The notes under the pieces were generated by a model. The model did not search any database. It was not told the origin of the DNA and saw only the letters and a list, made by a program, of their open reading frames with translations. This document shows, piece by piece, positions 62,214-64,000 of a stretch of DNA of 64,000 nt; the stretch's first letter is position 1, and each line of letters opens with the position of its first letter. A program made the translations under genes and the position numbers. Origin of the DNA: Antedon mediterranea (Eukaryota > Animalia > Echinodermata); contig NC_092671.1 of the NCBI RefSeq assembly GCF_964355755.1, forward strand, positions 23,076,070 through 23,140,069, given 5' to 3'.

Positions 62214-63798
62214 AGGGGGGTTCCGGGTTTAAAATGAATAGTAAAAAATGTAAAATATATTTGTTTGTCTCTTGAACGGTAAAAGTTTCAATTTATATAA
62301 GCGCCCAGTGAAGCAGAACGAAGGCTGTGAAATGAGGCCAGATTACAAGTGCAGCTACGGCAAAATCACACTGTGGTTACAGAATACGAAATTCGTGAAA
62401 TGGTCAATCTTCCGACGACTCGTTATCAATAACCATATCAATTACTTTTGTAAAATTATACTTATCTGATGTAATTTTAGTCGGTCTTCCCATTTATAAA
62501 ATCAATTTTCTATGAAAATCCATCAAAACAGTGAAAAATTAGATAAGTTTGCACTTTACGTTTGCCGATTTTCGCACTGACTTAGGGAAAGCCTTCAAAA
62601 TCAATGAAGCGTAACGTATACATTCCTGCTGAGCGAGGAGAGCGAGACGACAATACACGTGCTCTCTCTGCCCATGCCTGGCATCGTCACGTGATAAGCA
62701 GATACAGTATACAATACCAAACTGGTCGGGTCGAGTATACCCCGTCTATATCACAACATGAACGATGTACAGTATTTGATTGAAGGTCGACTCAACCTAC
62801 CGGAATGGTATAGATAATATAGCTCGAATGAGAGAGTTGGAATATTTGTAAACATAAGTACAGTATTGCTAATTTTAACAAGTGTAGCCTATAGTAAAAG
62901 GCCTGGTAGTATCAATTCGCATAGGGTCTACTACACTAGCTAGCTCAATTTTTAACTGGGCCGGATCGGCTAGGCTAGGCTAGGTCTCCTTCCTACTACC
63001 GGTCTACTTGCTTGATGCAGTATACGATTTTTTGGAGAGTAAACTAGGCCTACTTATTAGACCATACGTGCGGACGGCGATCGGACCTTGTTTTGCCTCA
63101 ATATTTACAGCCGATTTTTGTAGAACATTTTAGGTTTAGATTGTTTAGGAGTTTGGTTGATAGGATGGGTTTGGAATCCACTGAGTTTTGTTATTTATGG
63201 GCCAATCGTTTAGTAATAGGCTAGAGGCCCATGAATGATGGCCATCGTGGCATGGAATCCCTAGTCAGAAATGGCTCTCACCCCGGCATGAATAAAATGA
63301 TTTAGTCTAGGCCTAGCCTAGTACGTGAAGCCGATATACGATCTGTACTATTAATTTGAGGTATAAAAATAGTATAATTTATGACTCCGTAATCTGTACT
63401 AAATTTTGTATTTCATTAAATGTCAAATAAATATATGCTACTACTGTTATTATTACACTTTAGGCCTAGCTTCTTAGCAAATCTACAAAAAATGTATTTC
63501 ACAATGATCGGGTGGTCGTCGTTTGACAGAGGAGAGAGAACACAACGTACAAGCTTGACGTCGCGAGTTTGGAATCCACTGATGACGTGATTTTGTGAAT
63601 ATCTCATGAATATTAATGAGCTTCCCTAAGCTGCTGAAAAACAGACTTTCCATGAATTTACCCTAAAATGTATATGAAATTTAATTTTTTTAATTTCTCG
63701 TTATTACTTCTTCATTCTGACATGTCTATATTGTTATAATATTTTTTATTTAATAAATAAACGATATTTAAAAGCAATTTTAAACCCAGAATCCCCCT
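62214..63798. mobile_element. Kolobok-like non-autonomous element interrupting the LINE ORF2
   Basis: TTAA|aggggggttccgggtttaaaat ... attttaaacccagaatccccct|TTAA. Confidence 0.88.
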
Positions 63799-63802
63799 TT
63801 AA

Positions 63803-64000
63803 AGTTAACTGGAATAATGTTAAGAGGGAGGATATAAACAATTTTAATGAGATAACTGAATCCTTACTTAGTAACCTTACTCTCAATTGCGATGGTTTAC
63901 TTTGTAATGATTCCTCATGTAAAGATGAATGCCATTGCAATGATATTAGTGATTTATATGACAATATTATTGAGTGTCTGAAAGTCAGTTCTGAGTGGTG
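63803..64000 (+). CDS. Continuation of RTEX-like ORF2, runs off the window
   Basis: After removing the insertion and one TTAA, the frame reads NIKVNWNNV...CNDSSCKDECHCNDISDLYDNIIECL with no stop. Confidence 0.85.

Overview
AT-rich animal genomic DNA, probably an invertebrate deuterostome such as an echinoderm (inferred from the repeat families and GT-AG introns). It is not prokaryotic. The ORF track misses the host gene: five short, phase-compatible minus-strand exons (28230-28128, 19345-19228, 18762-18672, 17936-17863, 9581-9449) splice into the Tudor-domain region of a SETDB1/eggless-type H3K9 methyltransferase, and a sixth exon at 46844-46799 is possible. Almost everything else is transposable-element sequence, often nested. 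This includes a young, structurally complete DIRS1-like tyrosine-recombinase retrotransposon (ITRs, ICR, gag, RT/RNase H/methyltransferase, YR) inside a hAT-type element inside a CR1-like LINE; a LINE inserted into the YADD motif of a Rex1/Babar-like LINE; a two-gene Harbinger; a degenerate Academ-like transposase; an RTEX-like LINE split by a TTAA element; a 6.6-kb Helentron-like array; a TAA-flanked element carrying a hairpin minisatellite; Deu/Nin-type SINEs; and many MITEs. All family names come from motif recognition by eye, with no database search.
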